A stretch of 64,000 nt of DNA from Campylobacter sp. (GTDB lineage Bacteria > Campylobacterota > Campylobacteria > Campylobacterales > Campylobacteraceae). Shown here in pieces: positions 10,869 through 21,637 of this stretch (positions within the stretch are counted from its first letter, which is position 1; every line of letters begins with the position of its first letter). A program made the translations under genes and the position numbers. The notes beneath the pieces are model-generated. The model was not told where the DNA came from. It ran no database searches and saw only the letters and a list, made by a program, of their open reading frames with translations. The stretch covers positions 8 through 64,007 of the forward strand of contig JAFLRU010000001.1 in NCBI GenBank assembly GCA_022511325.1, read 5' to 3'.

Positions 10869-12791
10869 ATGGTGAAAGAATTTTTAAATAAGCTAAATTA
10901 TGGCATAAATCTTAGTCAAGTAAGTGTAGAACAAAAGCAAATTTTAAGAGAGCTTTTAAACAACGAAATTATCAGCGAACACAAAAACAATTTCTATCTT
11001 AATAATGGTTTTGTATTTGGAGAACTTGATATTTCGAGTAAAGGCACGGGATTTTTAAAATGTTTTGATGAGAATTTTACAAAAGATTTACTCATAGAAA
11101 ATAAAAATTTAAAAGGAGCAAACTATAAAGATATAGTTGCTGCAAAGCTTTTACCTCTTAAAAAAAAGCGTCAAAGTGCAAAAGTAGTTCTTGTCTTAAA
11201 ACGAGCCGATGAAAGCTCGCTTGTAGTTACTAAAAAATACGGACAAGCTGTGCTTGGAATGAATATTAAAACAGGACTTAGCACAGCCTTAAAAGCTTCT
11301 CAAAAATCCTTAAAAGCCTTGCCTCTAGGCACAATACTTAAGATAGAAAATGTAGAAAATCGCATTTTAGAGGTATTAGGGCATATTGATGATGAAAAAA
11401 TTGATGAAAAAATTTCCCTTACTCTTTTTAATAAAAATTCCGAATTTAGCGAAACTTGCATTAAAGAATCTCTAGCTAATGGAGACTTTGTCGATGCAAG
11501 TATGTATGAAAATCGCAAAGATTTAAGAAAACTTAGCTTTTGCACCATAGATCCAATTCACGCAAAGGATTTTGATGATGCGATTTATTATGACGAAAAA
11601 GAAAATGCTATTTATGTAGCAATCGCTGATGTAAGCGAGTATGTCTTTGCTTATAGTGCTACAGATAAAGAAGCTAGGGCTAGAGGATTTTCAATCTATT
11701 TTCCTCATATTGCTGTACCTATGCTACCTTACGCTTTGAGCGAAAATATTTGCTCTTTAAAACCAAATGTTGATCGTTTGGTATTTTGCTTTAAAATCAT
11801 TTTAAATGAGAATTTAGAAGCTGTAAAAGAAGAACTTTTTGAAGCTATCATTCATTCTAAACGTCGTTTTAATTATGATGAAGTTGATGAACTCTTAGAA
11901 CAAAAACCTGATTTAGGGGAACTTTCTTGGCTTTATAAACTCCATAAACTCACCGAACTTTTAAGAAAAAAACGACTCAAAAACGCCTTTGAGTTTAAAA
12001 CCGAAGAACTAAGAATGAGTTTAGATGAAAATTTAGCCTTAAAAAGCACAAATTATGAAAAATCAACTCCATCTCATAACTTAATCGAAGATTGTATGCT
12101 TTTAGCAAATAAAGCAGCTGCAAAGCTCATTGATGTAGGAGTTTTTAGAAATCATTTAAGTGCAGACCCTAAAAAAATCGAAAAACTCTTAAATGAACTT
12201 GCAAGTTTAGGCATTGATGTTAAATTTAAGCCTAATTTACCCGAACTTATCCGCGATATACAAAGTTTAGCTGATGAACTTGATTTAAGAGCGGAGGTAG
12301 ATAAGCTTATCATTAAGGCACAAAAAAAGGCAGAATATTCGAGTTTAAATGCGGGGCACTTTGGCTTGGGTTTTGAAAAATACACCCATTTTACAAGTCC
12401 TATTAGAAGATATTCTGATTTAATCTTACACCGCCTTTTAAAAGCTAAAATAAAAAAAGATGAAAAATTATTCCATTATTTGCTTTTAAACATACAAAGT
12501 ACTTGTGAAAACTTAAGTGTCTTAGAAAGAGAAGCAGATAAGGTAACAAACGATTTTTTAAATAGAAAATTTGCAAGATGGGCAAATAAAAATAAAGGTA
12601 AAAAATTTAAAGCTCTCATCATAGAAAATACAAACATAAATATAGCAAGGCTTGATGATGAAATTAAGGGTGCGGATATTGTTTTAAGCGATATTAAAGT
12701 CAATTTACTTCAAAAAGTTGAAATTTTAATCACAGATGTGGATATAATAATGGCAAAGATTTTTGGACGAATCACTCAAATTCTGGAATAA
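10869..12791 (+). CDS. rnr: Ribonuclease R (RNB domain)
   Basis: TIDPIHAKDFDDA, IADV, HFTSPIRRYSDL. Confidence 0.95.
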   Translation: MVKEFLNKLNYGINLSQVSVEQKQILRELLNNEIISEHKNNFYLNNGFVFGELDISSKGTGFLKCFDENFTKDLLIENKNLKGANYKDIVAAKLLPLKKKRQSAKVVLVLKRADESSLVVTKKYGQAVLGMNIKTGLSTALKASQKSLKALPLGTILKIENVENRILEVLGHIDDEKIDEKISLTLFNKNSEFSETCIKESLANGDFVDASMYENRKDLRKLSFCTIDPIHAKDFDDAIYYDEKENAIYVAIADVSEYVFAYSATDKEARARGFSIYFPHIAVPMLPYALSENICSLKPNVDRLVFCFKIILNENLEAVKEELFEAIIHSKRRFNYDEVDELLEQKPDLGELSWLYKLHKLTELLRKKRLKNAFEFKTEELRMSLDENLALKSTNYEKSTPSHNLIEDCMLLANKAAAKLIDVGVFRNHLSADPKKIEKLLNELASLGIDVKFKPNLPELIRDIQSLADELDLRAEVDKLIIKAQKKAEYSSLNAGHFGLGFEKYTHFTSPIRRYSDLILHRLLKAKIKKDEKLFHYLLLNIQSTCENLSVLEREADKVTNDFLNRKFARWANKNKGKKFKALIIENTNINIARLDDEIKGADIVLSDIKVNLLQKVEILITDVDIIMAKIFGRITQILE

Positions 12792-12800
12792 AGGTGAAAA

Positions 12801-13766
12801 ATGTATAGAAAAGACTTACAGCTTTTACTTGCCAAAGATGATTTTGTTAATTTTTTCTTTCTCTATGGGGCGGATAATTTTCAAATCGAACTTTACGCAG
12901 ATTTTATCAAGCAAAAATATCTTGCAGATGAAGTTACAAAAATGTATTTTGAGGAATATAATTTTGCAAAAGCAAGTGATTTTTTAGCTTTAGGTTCGCT
13001 TTTTAGTGAAAAAAAACTTTTGGAGCTTAAATTAAATAAAAAACCCAACACAAAAGAGCTTAAAAGCTTAATAGAACTTTGCCAAAACAATAAGGACAAT
13101 TTTTTAATCCTAGAGCTTTATGATGAAAGCTCGAAACAAAATGAACTTGAGAAAATTTTTGCAAACAATTTTGCAAGATTTTTCAAGGTTTCAAATCCTA
13201 AAGAAGCTGTGGAGCTTCTAAACATAAAGGCACAAAATCTTGGAGTAAAACTTACTCAAAATGCACTTTTTGCTTTATTTGAGGGCTTTGATGAAAATTT
13301 ATATCTTGCAGCTGCAGAACTTAATAAATTTCAAGGCTTAGAACTCGATGAAAGAATGGTTAAAGAATATTGTTATAGTTTGGATACAGGAAGTTTTGAG
13401 ATTTTTTTTGAAAAACTCTTAAAAAAAGAGAATTTAAGAAAGGAGCTTGAAAAAATTTTAGAAAATTCGAATGAAATTGCTTTTTTAAATTCTTTATTAA
13501 ATAGCTTTTTTAGACTTTTTAAAATTGCTTTGTATGCTAAAATTCACGCCAAAGTTGATTTTAAAGAACTCTTAGGCTACACTCCACCACCAAAAGTTGC
13601 AGCAGATTTAAATTCTATGGCATTTAGTCTTAAAATCGAACAATACAAAGAGATTTTTAATCTGCTTTTAAACTTAGAATACGAGCTTAAAACAAATTCT
13701 AAACTTGCTAAAAAAGAATTTCTTATTTGTGAACTTTTAAAACTCAATCGTCTTTTAAAAAGCTAA
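12801..13766 (+). CDS. holA: DNA polymerase III subunit delta
   Basis: FFLYGAD, SLFSEKK and ELNK pattern; same position as C. jejuni Cj0630c. Confidence 0.82.
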   Translation: MYRKDLQLLLAKDDFVNFFFLYGADNFQIELYADFIKQKYLADEVTKMYFEEYNFAKASDFLALGSLFSEKKLLELKLNKKPNTKELKSLIELCQNNKDNFLILELYDESSKQNELEKIFANNFARFFKVSNPKEAVELLNIKAQNLGVKLTQNALFALFEGFDENLYLAAAELNKFQGLELDERMVKEYCYSLDTGSFEIFFEKLLKKENLRKELEKILENSNEIAFLNSLLNSFFRLFKIALYAKIHAKVDFKELLGYTPPPKVAADLNSMAFSLKIEQYKEIFNLLLNLEYELKTNSKLAKKEFLICELLKLNRLLKS

Positions 13767-13767
13767 A

Positions 13768-14112
13768 TCACTCCATTACAAGACGCATTAAATGCAAATC
13801 CTCTCCGCTTAGTATCTTAAAATCAATGCTTCCACAATACGGACATTTAAATACATTTTCTTCTAAAATGCTTTTTTCATTGCAAGCTAAACACAAAATT
13901 TCAAGCGGAGCAAGTTCGGCTAAAAGTTTTGCTTCCTTACAAAACTCACAACTTTCCTTAAAGGTTTCAAAACATCTCCTAAAAAGCTCTAGCTCTATAC
14001 CGCTTAGTCTGCCTACTTTTACTTGCACTTCTTTAATGAGTTTTGCATTATGTTTTAAGGCATTTTGCTCGCAAAGTTCTATTAAAGCCTCTACAATGCT
14101 AAGTTCGTGCAT
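13768..14112 (-). CDS. hypA: Hydrogenase maturation nickel metallochaperone HypA
   Basis: MHELS start, CLAC and CPYC; ATG overlaps the hypE stop. Confidence 0.96.
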   Translation of the reverse strand: MHELSIVEALIELCEQNALKHNAKLIKEVQVKVGRLSGIELELFRRCFETFKESCEFCKEAKLLAELAPLEILCLACNEKSILEENVFKCPYCGSIDFKILSGEDLHLMRLVME

Positions 14113-15086
14113 TAGCAAATTCTCGGTAAAAGTTCGCCTTTAGGAGGCTCTAAAAAACGTTTAGCCCCAAAGGAATTCTCTAAAATTACTCGAGCCTTTT
14201 TTTCGCCTAAAACCTTACCGATGATACTTGCATTAGGATTAAATTGCTTTAAAAAATTAAGAGCTCTTAACTCGTCGCTTTTTTCAACGCAAAGCACAAA
14301 AGTTCCTTCATTTGCAAGTTCATAAGGTTCATAACCAAAAAGCTCACAAAGTCCTAAAACCTCATCTTTAACCTTAATATTTTCCTCAAAGATGAGCAAA
14401 TCATTCCCACTTTGTTTTGCCCATTCATTTAAAACCGCACTAAGCCCTCCTCTTGTGGCATCACGCATTGCAACAACCTTAATATCTTGCTTTAAAAGTC
14501 CTAAAACTTCATCTTTTAAGCTTTTACAATCGCTCTTTACACTTGCTTCTAAATCATTTCTTTTAATCAAAACACTCGCTCCGTGTCTTCCAATATCTCC
14601 TGATACTAAAATACTCAAACCTTCTTTAATGTTTTGTGTTTCTTTTTTAGAAATGATTTCACCTAAGGCTGTGGTATTGATATAAATTTCATCGCCTTTA
14701 CCTTTTGGAACAACTTTTGTATCGCCACAAACAAGTAAAACTCCACATTTATTGCATTCCTTTTTTATAGAATGTAAGATTTTTTCAAGTTTTTCGGTTT
14801 CAAAACCCTCTTCTAAAATGAGGGCTAAACTTAAAAATTTAGGTTCAGCTCCAACCATTAAAACATCATTGATTGAACCGCAAACACAAAGTTTGCCAAT
14901 ATTAACCTCATCATCTAAAAAAATAGGATTTAAAACAAAAGAATCTGTGCTTAAAGCTAAATTTCCTAAAATCGCGGCGTCATTTGCTGCACTTAAAATT
15001 TCATTATCAAAAATTTTAAAAACCTTAGTTAAAAGCTCATTCATCTCTTCGCCACCACCACCGTGTGCGAGTGAAATTTGTTTCAT
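14112..15086 (-). CDS. hypE: Hydrogenase maturation protein HypE
   Basis: HGGGG, GDTKVV, RDATRGG, C-terminal PRIC. Confidence 0.97.
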   Translation of the reverse strand: MKQISLAHGGGGEEMNELLTKVFKIFDNEILSAANDAAILGNLALSTDSFVLNPIFLDDEVNIGKLCVCGSINDVLMVGAEPKFLSLALILEEGFETEKLEKILHSIKKECNKCGVLLVCGDTKVVPKGKGDEIYINTTALGEIISKKETQNIKEGLSILVSGDIGRHGASVLIKRNDLEASVKSDCKSLKDEVLGLLKQDIKVVAMRDATRGGLSAVLNEWAKQSGNDLLIFEENIKVKDEVLGLCELFGYEPYELANEGTFVLCVEKSDELRALNFLKQFNPNASIIGKVLGEKKARVILENSFGAKRFLEPPKGELLPRIC

Positions 15087-16174
15087 ACATTCACCTTTGA
15101 GTATTTATAATAAGCCGCACAAGCTCCTTCACCTGAAACCATACAGCTTCCTATAGGACTTTTTGGAGTGCAAGCCTTACCAAAAACTTTACAATCATAA
15201 GGTTTAGCTAAACCTCTTAAAATTTGTCCGCAAATACAAGCTTTACTCTCATTTTTACTCACAACTTCACAATCAAATTGCTTGCTTGCATCATATTTTG
15301 CAAATTCATCTTTAAGCTTTAAACCACCTTTTTTAATGAGTCCTAGTCCTCTAAATTCAAAATCACAAGGCTCAAAATAAGTCTTAATTAAATTTTGTGC
15401 TTTAACATTACCCTCAAAACTTACAGCTCTTTTGTATTGATTATAAACCTTAGCACTTTTATCATTGATCTGTAAAACGATATTTAAAACACTTTCCATA
15501 ATATCCACAGGTTCAAAACCACTTACTGCTATAGGAGTATTAAATTTTTTCGCTAAAGGCTCATAAATACCAAAACCTGTGATCACGCTCACGTGAGAAG
15601 GTCCTAAAAAAGCGTCAATTTTAACATTTTCATCACTCATAATAGCTTCAATAGGGGCTGGAACCACTATATGATTGATATGAAAAAAAACATTTTCAAT
15701 TTTTTGCTCGATAATTTTTTGCAAAAGCAAAGCACTCATAGGAGTTGTAGTTTCAAAACCTATAGCAAAGAAAATCACTTTCTTTTGAGGGTTTTGCAAA
15801 GCAATTTGCAAAACATCGAGTGGAGAATAAAGAGCTCTCACATCAGCCCCTTTAGCTCTTAAATCAAGAAGTGAAATTTCACTACCCGGAACCCTTAATA
15901 AATCCCCCAAAGTGCAGAAAATCACATCTTGCATTGAAGCAAGTTTAATCGCTGTATCAATCCTAGTTCTTGGCATAACACACACAGGACAACCTGGTCC
16001 GTGTATGAAATTTATCTCTTTTGGTAAAATAGAAGGCAAAGCATATTTCATAATACTATGTGTATGCCCACCGCAAATCTCCATAATATTAATAGGAGTG
16101 CGAACTTTCTCTTCTATAATTTTTTTTAAAGCCAAAATTGTTTTTTTATCTCTAAATTCATCGATAAAATTCAT
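15083..16174 (-). CDS. hypD: Hydrogenase maturation protein HypD
   Basis: CGGHTH, GPGCPVC, GFETT, C-terminal Fe-S cysteines. Confidence 0.97.
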   Translation of the reverse strand: MNFIDEFRDKKTILALKKIIEEKVRTPINIMEICGGHTHSIMKYALPSILPKEINFIHGPGCPVCVMPRTRIDTAIKLASMQDVIFCTLGDLLRVPGSEISLLDLRAKGADVRALYSPLDVLQIALQNPQKKVIFFAIGFETTTPMSALLLQKIIEQKIENVFFHINHIVVPAPIEAIMSDENVKIDAFLGPSHVSVITGFGIYEPLAKKFNTPIAVSGFEPVDIMESVLNIVLQINDKSAKVYNQYKRAVSFEGNVKAQNLIKTYFEPCDFEFRGLGLIKKGGLKLKDEFAKYDASKQFDCEVVSKNESKACICGQILRGLAKPYDCKVFGKACTPKSPIGSCMVSGEGACAAYYKYSKVNV

Positions 16175-16439
16175 TTAAACCCAAATCCCCATCTTGCAGA
16201 GAAATCTCTTCATTTTGCATTTTATCTGCAATTTCCTCATAAAGTTTTAGACTCTGCTGTGCAGATTCTTTATCAATCTTTTCCATAGCTACACCCACGT
16301 GAATTAACACAAAATCGCCCTTTTGCAAAGGCTCACTGATTAAGTCTAAATTTACCTTTCTTTTGACGCCCAAAGTTTGAACCAAAGCATTATTAAACTC
16401 ATCAATCTCTAAAATTTCAGACGGAATTGACAAACACAT
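16158..16439 (-). CDS. hypC: Hydrogenase chaperone HypC
   Basis: MCLSIP and VLIHVG. Confidence 0.96.
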   Translation of the reverse strand: MCLSIPSEILEIDEFNNALVQTLGVKRKVNLDLISEPLQKGDFVLIHVGVAMEKIDKESAQQSLKLYEEIADKMQNEEISLQDGDLGLNEFYR

Positions 16440-17176
16440 TAAAATAACTCCTTTTTAAACTCAAGTAATTTATACCAAAGCTCCATATTTGTGCCTGTTT
16501 TAGAATCCAAGGCAATAATATCCGCTCTAGGACTTAAATCTTTAATCATAGCTGAAGCTTCTTTAATATCAAAATCAAAATGATGAGCTAAATCAACTTT
16601 AGTAATAAGCACAATATCTGCTTTCTTAAACATCACAGGATATTTTTGAGGCTTATCACTTCCTTCGGTAACTGAAAGCAAAACTACATTTAAATGCTCT
16701 CCTAAATCATAACTTGCAGGACAGACCAAATTTCCAACATTTTCGATGAAAAGCAAATCACAATCCTTAATCTCTAAATGATGCAAAGCCTGATGAACCA
16801 TAAAAGCATCAAGATGACAACTTTGCCCTGTAGTGATTTGATAAGCCTTCGCACCTGCATCACTCACTCTTTTAGCATCATTATTAGTTTCTAAATCTCC
16901 CTCAATTACAGCAATTCTCATTTTATCTTTAAAGGCTTTAATCGTTGATTCAAGTAGAGTTGTTTTTCCGCTTCCCGGTGAGCTCATAAGATTAATACAA
17001 AGCACCTTAGCTTCATTAAAATGGGCTCTATTATGTTTTGCTTCCTCGTCATTTTTACTCAAAATCTTGCTTAAAACTTCTAAAGTTTTTTCTTCTTTTA
17101 AACTAGGATTTTCACTTTTATGTTCGTGTTTATGTTCGTGAGTATGAGAAACCGAACAACCACAATCCTTACACAT
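16439..17176 (-). CDS. hypB: Hydrogenase nickel incorporation GTPase HypB
   Basis: MCKDCGC, His-rich segment, SSPGSGKT, CHLDA, ENVGNLVCP. Confidence 0.97.
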   Translation of the reverse strand: MCKDCGCSVSHTHEHKHEHKSENPSLKEEKTLEVLSKILSKNDEEAKHNRAHFNEAKVLCINLMSSPGSGKTTLLESTIKAFKDKMRIAVIEGDLETNNDAKRVSDAGAKAYQITTGQSCHLDAFMVHQALHHLEIKDCDLLFIENVGNLVCPASYDLGEHLNVVLLSVTEGSDKPQKYPVMFKKADIVLITKVDLAHHFDFDIKEASAMIKDLSPRADIIALDSKTGTNMELWYKLLEFKKELF

Positions 17177-17201
17177 TTAAGCTCCTTAAAAATTTTTCAT
17201 C

Positions 17202-17207
17202 ATTTTA
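17202..17207 (-). promoter_or_regulatory. -10 box (TAAAAT) upstream of hypB
   Basis: Minus strand GTGTAAAAT about 25 nt upstream of the ATG; AAGGAG RBS follows. Confidence 0.45.
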
Positions 17208-17226
17208 CACTAAAAAGCATTAAATT

Positions 17227-19431
17227 TTACTCAGCTTGATAAATTTTTAAAAAATGTGCAATTTGTCCAAGTGCAATTTGACTATCATTGCAAGGAAAAT
17301 TAAGGGGTACAAAAAAATCAAAATTTTTCCTCTTTAAAATTTCAAGCAAAGTTTTATTTTGAAATACTCCTCCGCTTAAAATAATTTTAGTTTGATAATT
17401 TTTACTAAATTCTACAATAAAATTTGCTAAAGCATTTAAAAATCCTGTAACCGCTTTGCTTTTTTCATCTTTTAAAGCTCCTAAAATCACTTCTTTAAAA
17501 TCAATTTGTCCATTTTTAAAAGAAAGCTTATAAGAAAAATTTAAGTTCTCATCATAAAATTTTTCACACAAAAGCCCGATTTGAGCCTCATAAGATATTT
17601 TTTGCTCATTAAAAACAATCGCACCAAAAGCATCGATAATTCTTCCCAAAGAGCTTGTAAAAAGTTTGGAATGATTATAAATTTTTTTAAGATTATTTTG
17701 TTTTATACTTGGAATTTGGTCTAAAAATTCTCTTGCTTCATTTTCTAAACCATAATGCCAAATCACACTTAAAGCAAGATTTTGCAAATTGCTAATATCA
17801 CTATTTATCAGTTTAAAGCTCTCAAAATGTCCTATTCTTTCATATTCTTTTAAATTCCCTAAAAAAATTTCTCCACCCCAAATTTGTCCATCATCACCAT
17901 AACCTGTGCCATCAAAAATAAAACCTAACGCTTTTTCATTTTCATCAAACTCTTTTTTATATTCAAAATAAGTTGCACAAAAATGTGCATAATGATGCGA
18001 AATTTTATAATTTTTATAGGCTTTAAAATTCTTAACATAACTAAAATGTGGGTGCTTATCGCACAAAATCATATCAAATTCTAACTCATAAGTTTTTTTA
18101 AAAAAATCAAGCAAAGTAAAAAATCTTTGCTGGGTATCAAAACTCTTTAAATCCCCTATATAAGGTGAAATAATAAGCTTATTTTGATGATAAATGATAA
18201 ACTCATTTTTAAGCTCGGCTCCTAAAGCCAAAATATTTTTATCACAATGAATTTCATCAAGCTCTACATAAAGAGGATTTAATCCTCTAGAAGTGCGTAA
18301 AAACATTGTTTTACCATTTACAATTTGAGCAATACTATCATCACTTGGATTTATAATCTCTCTTTCATAATCCAAATAAAAATCAAAAACATTACTAAGC
18401 TTTTCGAGCAAAAATTCTTCTTTAAAAATAATACTCTCCCCACTTAAATTTGCACTCGTTGCAACCAAAACTCCCTCAAAATACTCAAACAATAAAAAAT
18501 GTAAGGGAGTATAAGCTAACATAATACCTATTTTATCAGTATCAGGAGCAATTAAATCCAAATTTTTCTTAGCCTTTAAAAGCACAATAGGACTTAAAGC
18601 ACTTTGAAGCAATTTAGCTTCATCTTCGTTTATAAAAGCTAAATTTTCAGCCCATTTTATATCTTTACACATTAAAGCAAAGGCTTTATCAGGACGTTTT
18701 TTTCTTTTTCTTAATTCTTTTAAAGCTTCTAAATTTAAAGCATCACACATCAAGTGAAAACCACCCATTCCTTTAACAGCTAGAATTTTTCCCTCTTTTA
18801 AAAATTTCGCACAAAGTTTAAAAACTTCATCTTTTGAAGCTAAAATTTGCCCTTTTGAGTCTTTCAAATATACTTTAATTTCACATTTTGGACAAGAAAT
18901 AGGTTGAGCGTGAAAGCGGCGATTGTGTGGATTTTCGTATTCACTTTTGCAAAAATCACACATTAAAAATTCACTCATACTTGTATTTTTTCTATCATAA
19001 GGCAAGGCTTTAATGATAGAAAATCTAGGACCACATTGCGTACAAGTGATAAAAGGGTATAAAAATCTAGGATTTTTAGAATCGTAGAATTCTTTTTTGC
19101 AATTCTCACAAAGACTAAAATCGCTAAGCATAGCAGCATTTTTGGGGCTTTGTTTAGAATCTGAAATTTTAAAATCCTCATAAGGCTTAGTTTGAATCAA
19201 AGTGCTTTTAAGGCTATCTATCCTTGCTAGGGGTGGCAAATTTAATTTTAATTTTTCTATAAATTCATCAAGTCTAGTTTCATCGCATAATAAAACTATC
19301 TTAACGCCAAAACCATCATTATAAACTTCACCAAAAAGCTTTAGCTGCTTAGCAAGCTCATAAACTAAAGGTCTAAAACCTACTCCTTGAACAAGTCCTG
19401 AAATTTCAAGCTTATATCCTAAGTGCGACAT
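17227..19431 (-). CDS. hypF: Carbamoyltransferase HypF
   Basis: GLVQGVGFRP acylphosphatase domain, CxxC zinc fingers, KGMGGFHL, HHYAH, DGTGYG. Confidence 0.97.
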   Translation of the reverse strand: MSHLGYKLEISGLVQGVGFRPLVYELAKQLKLFGEVYNDGFGVKIVLLCDETRLDEFIEKLKLNLPPLARIDSLKSTLIQTKPYEDFKISDSKQSPKNAAMLSDFSLCENCKKEFYDSKNPRFLYPFITCTQCGPRFSIIKALPYDRKNTSMSEFLMCDFCKSEYENPHNRRFHAQPISCPKCEIKVYLKDSKGQILASKDEVFKLCAKFLKEGKILAVKGMGGFHLMCDALNLEALKELRKRKKRPDKAFALMCKDIKWAENLAFINEDEAKLLQSALSPIVLLKAKKNLDLIAPDTDKIGIMLAYTPLHFLLFEYFEGVLVATSANLSGESIIFKEEFLLEKLSNVFDFYLDYEREIINPSDDSIAQIVNGKTMFLRTSRGLNPLYVELDEIHCDKNILALGAELKNEFIIYHQNKLIISPYIGDLKSFDTQQRFFTLLDFFKKTYELEFDMILCDKHPHFSYVKNFKAYKNYKISHHYAHFCATYFEYKKEFDENEKALGFIFDGTGYGDDGQIWGGEIFLGNLKEYERIGHFESFKLINSDISNLQNLALSVIWHYGLENEAREFLDQIPSIKQNNLKKIYNHSKLFTSSLGRIIDAFGAIVFNEQKISYEAQIGLLCEKFYDENLNFSYKLSFKNGQIDFKEVILGALKDEKSKAVTGFLNALANFIVEFSKNYQTKIILSGGVFQNKTLLEILKRKNFDFFVPLNFPCNDSQIALGQIAHFLKIYQAE

Positions 19432-20932
19432 CACTTAACTTACAATCTTTAATATGCTTAAGAGCATTTTTAAGCAAAGCTTTATGTTCAAACAAAGAAC
19501 CGCTAATCACAGCAATTTGAATTTGTTTTTTCTCACGCAAATCATCATTCATATCACGCAAAAAATAAGCCAAGCTTTCAAGCGTTCCATAAGCAATATT
19601 TGTTGCTTCAACTCCTGCAAGCATAAAACTCATAGCTGAACGCAAAGTCCTTGCATAATCAAAATTTCCTAGCTCATCTAAGCGGTAATCGATCTTAACT
19701 CCCCTTGGAATTTTAGTATTATCCGCAAGTTCTAAAAGTTTCTCCCCAGCTCTTAAAAAATCCTCATCAAGTTTCAATATCCTGCCTAAAATGCAAAATA
19801 AAGAAAAGAAATTATTTATAATAAGAGGAAATTCCTCATCTAAAAGTGGAAATTCTTTAGCATAATTTTCCAAAAGTCTTGCACCTACACTATCTTTTTT
19901 AATATCCTCATAAAGCTCTTTAGAATTTTTAGGAAGTCTTAATTTGAGCAAATTAAGTTCTTTATTTACGAGCAAAATATCCTCATAATCCTTACTAAGC
20001 TCTAAAATTAAAGCATTTTGTTTAAACCTAGATACAAGATAAGAAAGTCTAGCGTAATTTTTATCCTCTTTACTAAAAATAAGTTCTCTAGCCTTAGTAT
20101 CTATAAATTCAAAACCTCTAAGAACTAAAATTCTTTCTTCTAAACTCAAAAGCTCAAAATCATCAAAATCATTTTGCACTTTTTTTACATTTAAAAATTT
20201 AAAATCCTCTCCCCAAAGTTCAAAACAAAGTGCAAAACTAAACAAATCTTCAGCCAATTTAACTCTAAAATCACTCAAAATAAGGGCGTGATTTTTTCTA
20301 AACATTGCGTTAAATCTAAGTTTAATTAAAGGTTTTTCAAGGCTTGCTAAAAGTTTTAAATTTTCATTAGAACAAACAAAGGCTGAATTTATAGCTTTTA
20401 TATCACAAGGTATCAAAAAATCGCACTCAAAATTATCATTAAAAAGTAAAAGCTCGTAAATGCCTTTATGATTTTTAATCCAAATTTTTTCGCTATTTTT
20501 TAAAATTTTTATAGCTTTTTCAAGTAAAATTTTAAAATTATCTTTATTAAGCTTTGTGAAATTGATTCCATCAAAAGACAAATCAAGCTCACAAAAAACA
20601 CCCCATTCATTTTCTATTAAGGCTTTTTGTTGGATATAAGCGTTCGAGTTTAAATGTGTGAGATATTTAAACAAAGAATATTGCTTATCTTGTGATGAAG
20701 AAATAAAATCTTGTGCCTCTTTAACCTCAAATTTTCTTAAAAATACGCTGTTGCTTATACCATTTAAAGATTCACAAAAAGTGGTGAGTTCTTTTTCATC
20801 TCCTTTGATTTTAAAAATATATTGATTTTCTTCTCTAACTAAGCTGTGTTCATAATTTTTAGCGTAAAACTCAAGCAAATATTCAAAAATATCATTTTGG
20901 CTCATATATTCAAAATCAAACTCTAAAACCAA
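19412..20932 (-). CDS. Conserved hypothetical protein upstream of hypF (Cj0621/HydE-like)
   Basis: Long ORF overlapping the hypF start; TTG start at 20932 after GGAG preferred over the ORF-track start at 20971. Confidence 0.65.
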   Translation of the reverse strand: MVLEFDFEYMSQNDIFEYLLEFYAKNYEHSLVREENQYIFKIKGDEKELTTFCESLNGISNSVFLRKFEVKEAQDFISSSQDKQYSLFKYLTHLNSNAYIQQKALIENEWGVFCELDLSFDGINFTKLNKDNFKILLEKAIKILKNSEKIWIKNHKGIYELLLFNDNFECDFLIPCDIKAINSAFVCSNENLKLLASLEKPLIKLRFNAMFRKNHALILSDFRVKLAEDLFSFALCFELWGEDFKFLNVKKVQNDFDDFELLSLEERILVLRGFEFIDTKARELIFSKEDKNYARLSYLVSRFKQNALILELSKDYEDILLVNKELNLLKLRLPKNSKELYEDIKKDSVGARLLENYAKEFPLLDEEFPLIINNFFSLFCILGRILKLDEDFLRAGEKLLELADNTKIPRGVKIDYRLDELGNFDYARTLRSAMSFMLAGVEATNIAYGTLESLAYFLRDMNDDLREKKQIQIAVISGSLFEHKALLKNALKHIKDCKLSDVALRI

Positions 20933-20989
20933 TTCTCCACCCCTTATAAAAATTAAATATAAATATATCATTTTAAGACAAAAATTAAG

Positions 20990-21637
20990 CTAAATTTCTT
21001 TTTCTCTTGCTTTAAAATCAGGCATAAATTTCTCCAAAAAGGCGTAAAATTCTTTGCCGTGATGGGCATATTTAAGATGAGCAATTTCGTGCAAAATTAC
21101 ATATTCAATCAAATAAAGTTTTTTCTCTAAAAGTCTTAAATTTAAATTAATATAACCTTTTTTACTATTACAAGAGCCAAGACGCGTTTTCATCGTCTTA
21201 ATGCTTAAATGCGTGCTTTTAAGTCCCGTAATTTCTTCCCATTTTCGAATATAATTTAAAAAAATTTTTCTTGCACTTTTTCTAAGAAAATTCTCAAATT
21301 GCTCTTTTGATGGGCTATAGATATGATTTTTTGAAAAATGAGTTTTACTTAGGTTAGAATTTAAAATCAAAATGTATTTTTTACCCAAAAATAAAAATTC
21401 ATTTTCTTTTAAAAGAGTTTTTCGCTCTTTATAAAGAGTCAAAACCTTTTGTATCCAAGCCTCGTTTTTTTCTAAAAATTCATAAACAAAATTTTTAGGA
21501 CAAAATTGCGGAATACTTAAATGAAATTCTCCTTTTTCATTGAGCTTCAAACGAAGATTTTTAATCTTTTTTCTTTGATAGAAAAAAATGCGATTTTGAA
21601 AAATAAAACTCTTTACACAAGGGTTTTGTCTTGCCAT
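20990..21637 (-). CDS. YgjP-like (DUF45/M48-type) metal-dependent hydrolase
   Basis: KTRLGSC, YVILHEIAH and HGKEFY motifs. Confidence 0.88.
   Translation of the reverse strand: MARQNPCVKSFIFQNRIFFYQRKKIKNLRLKLNEKGEFHLSIPQFCPKNFVYEFLEKNEAWIQKVLTLYKERKTLLKENEFLFLGKKYILILNSNLSKTHFSKNHIYSPSKEQFENFLRKSARKIFLNYIRKWEEITGLKSTHLSIKTMKTRLGSCNSKKGYINLNLRLLEKKLYLIEYVILHEIAHLKYAHHGKEFYAFLEKFMPDFKAREKEI

Noticed and set aside
17110-17176. His-rich repeat in HypB
   Set aside because: Normal nickel-binding N-terminus of HypB
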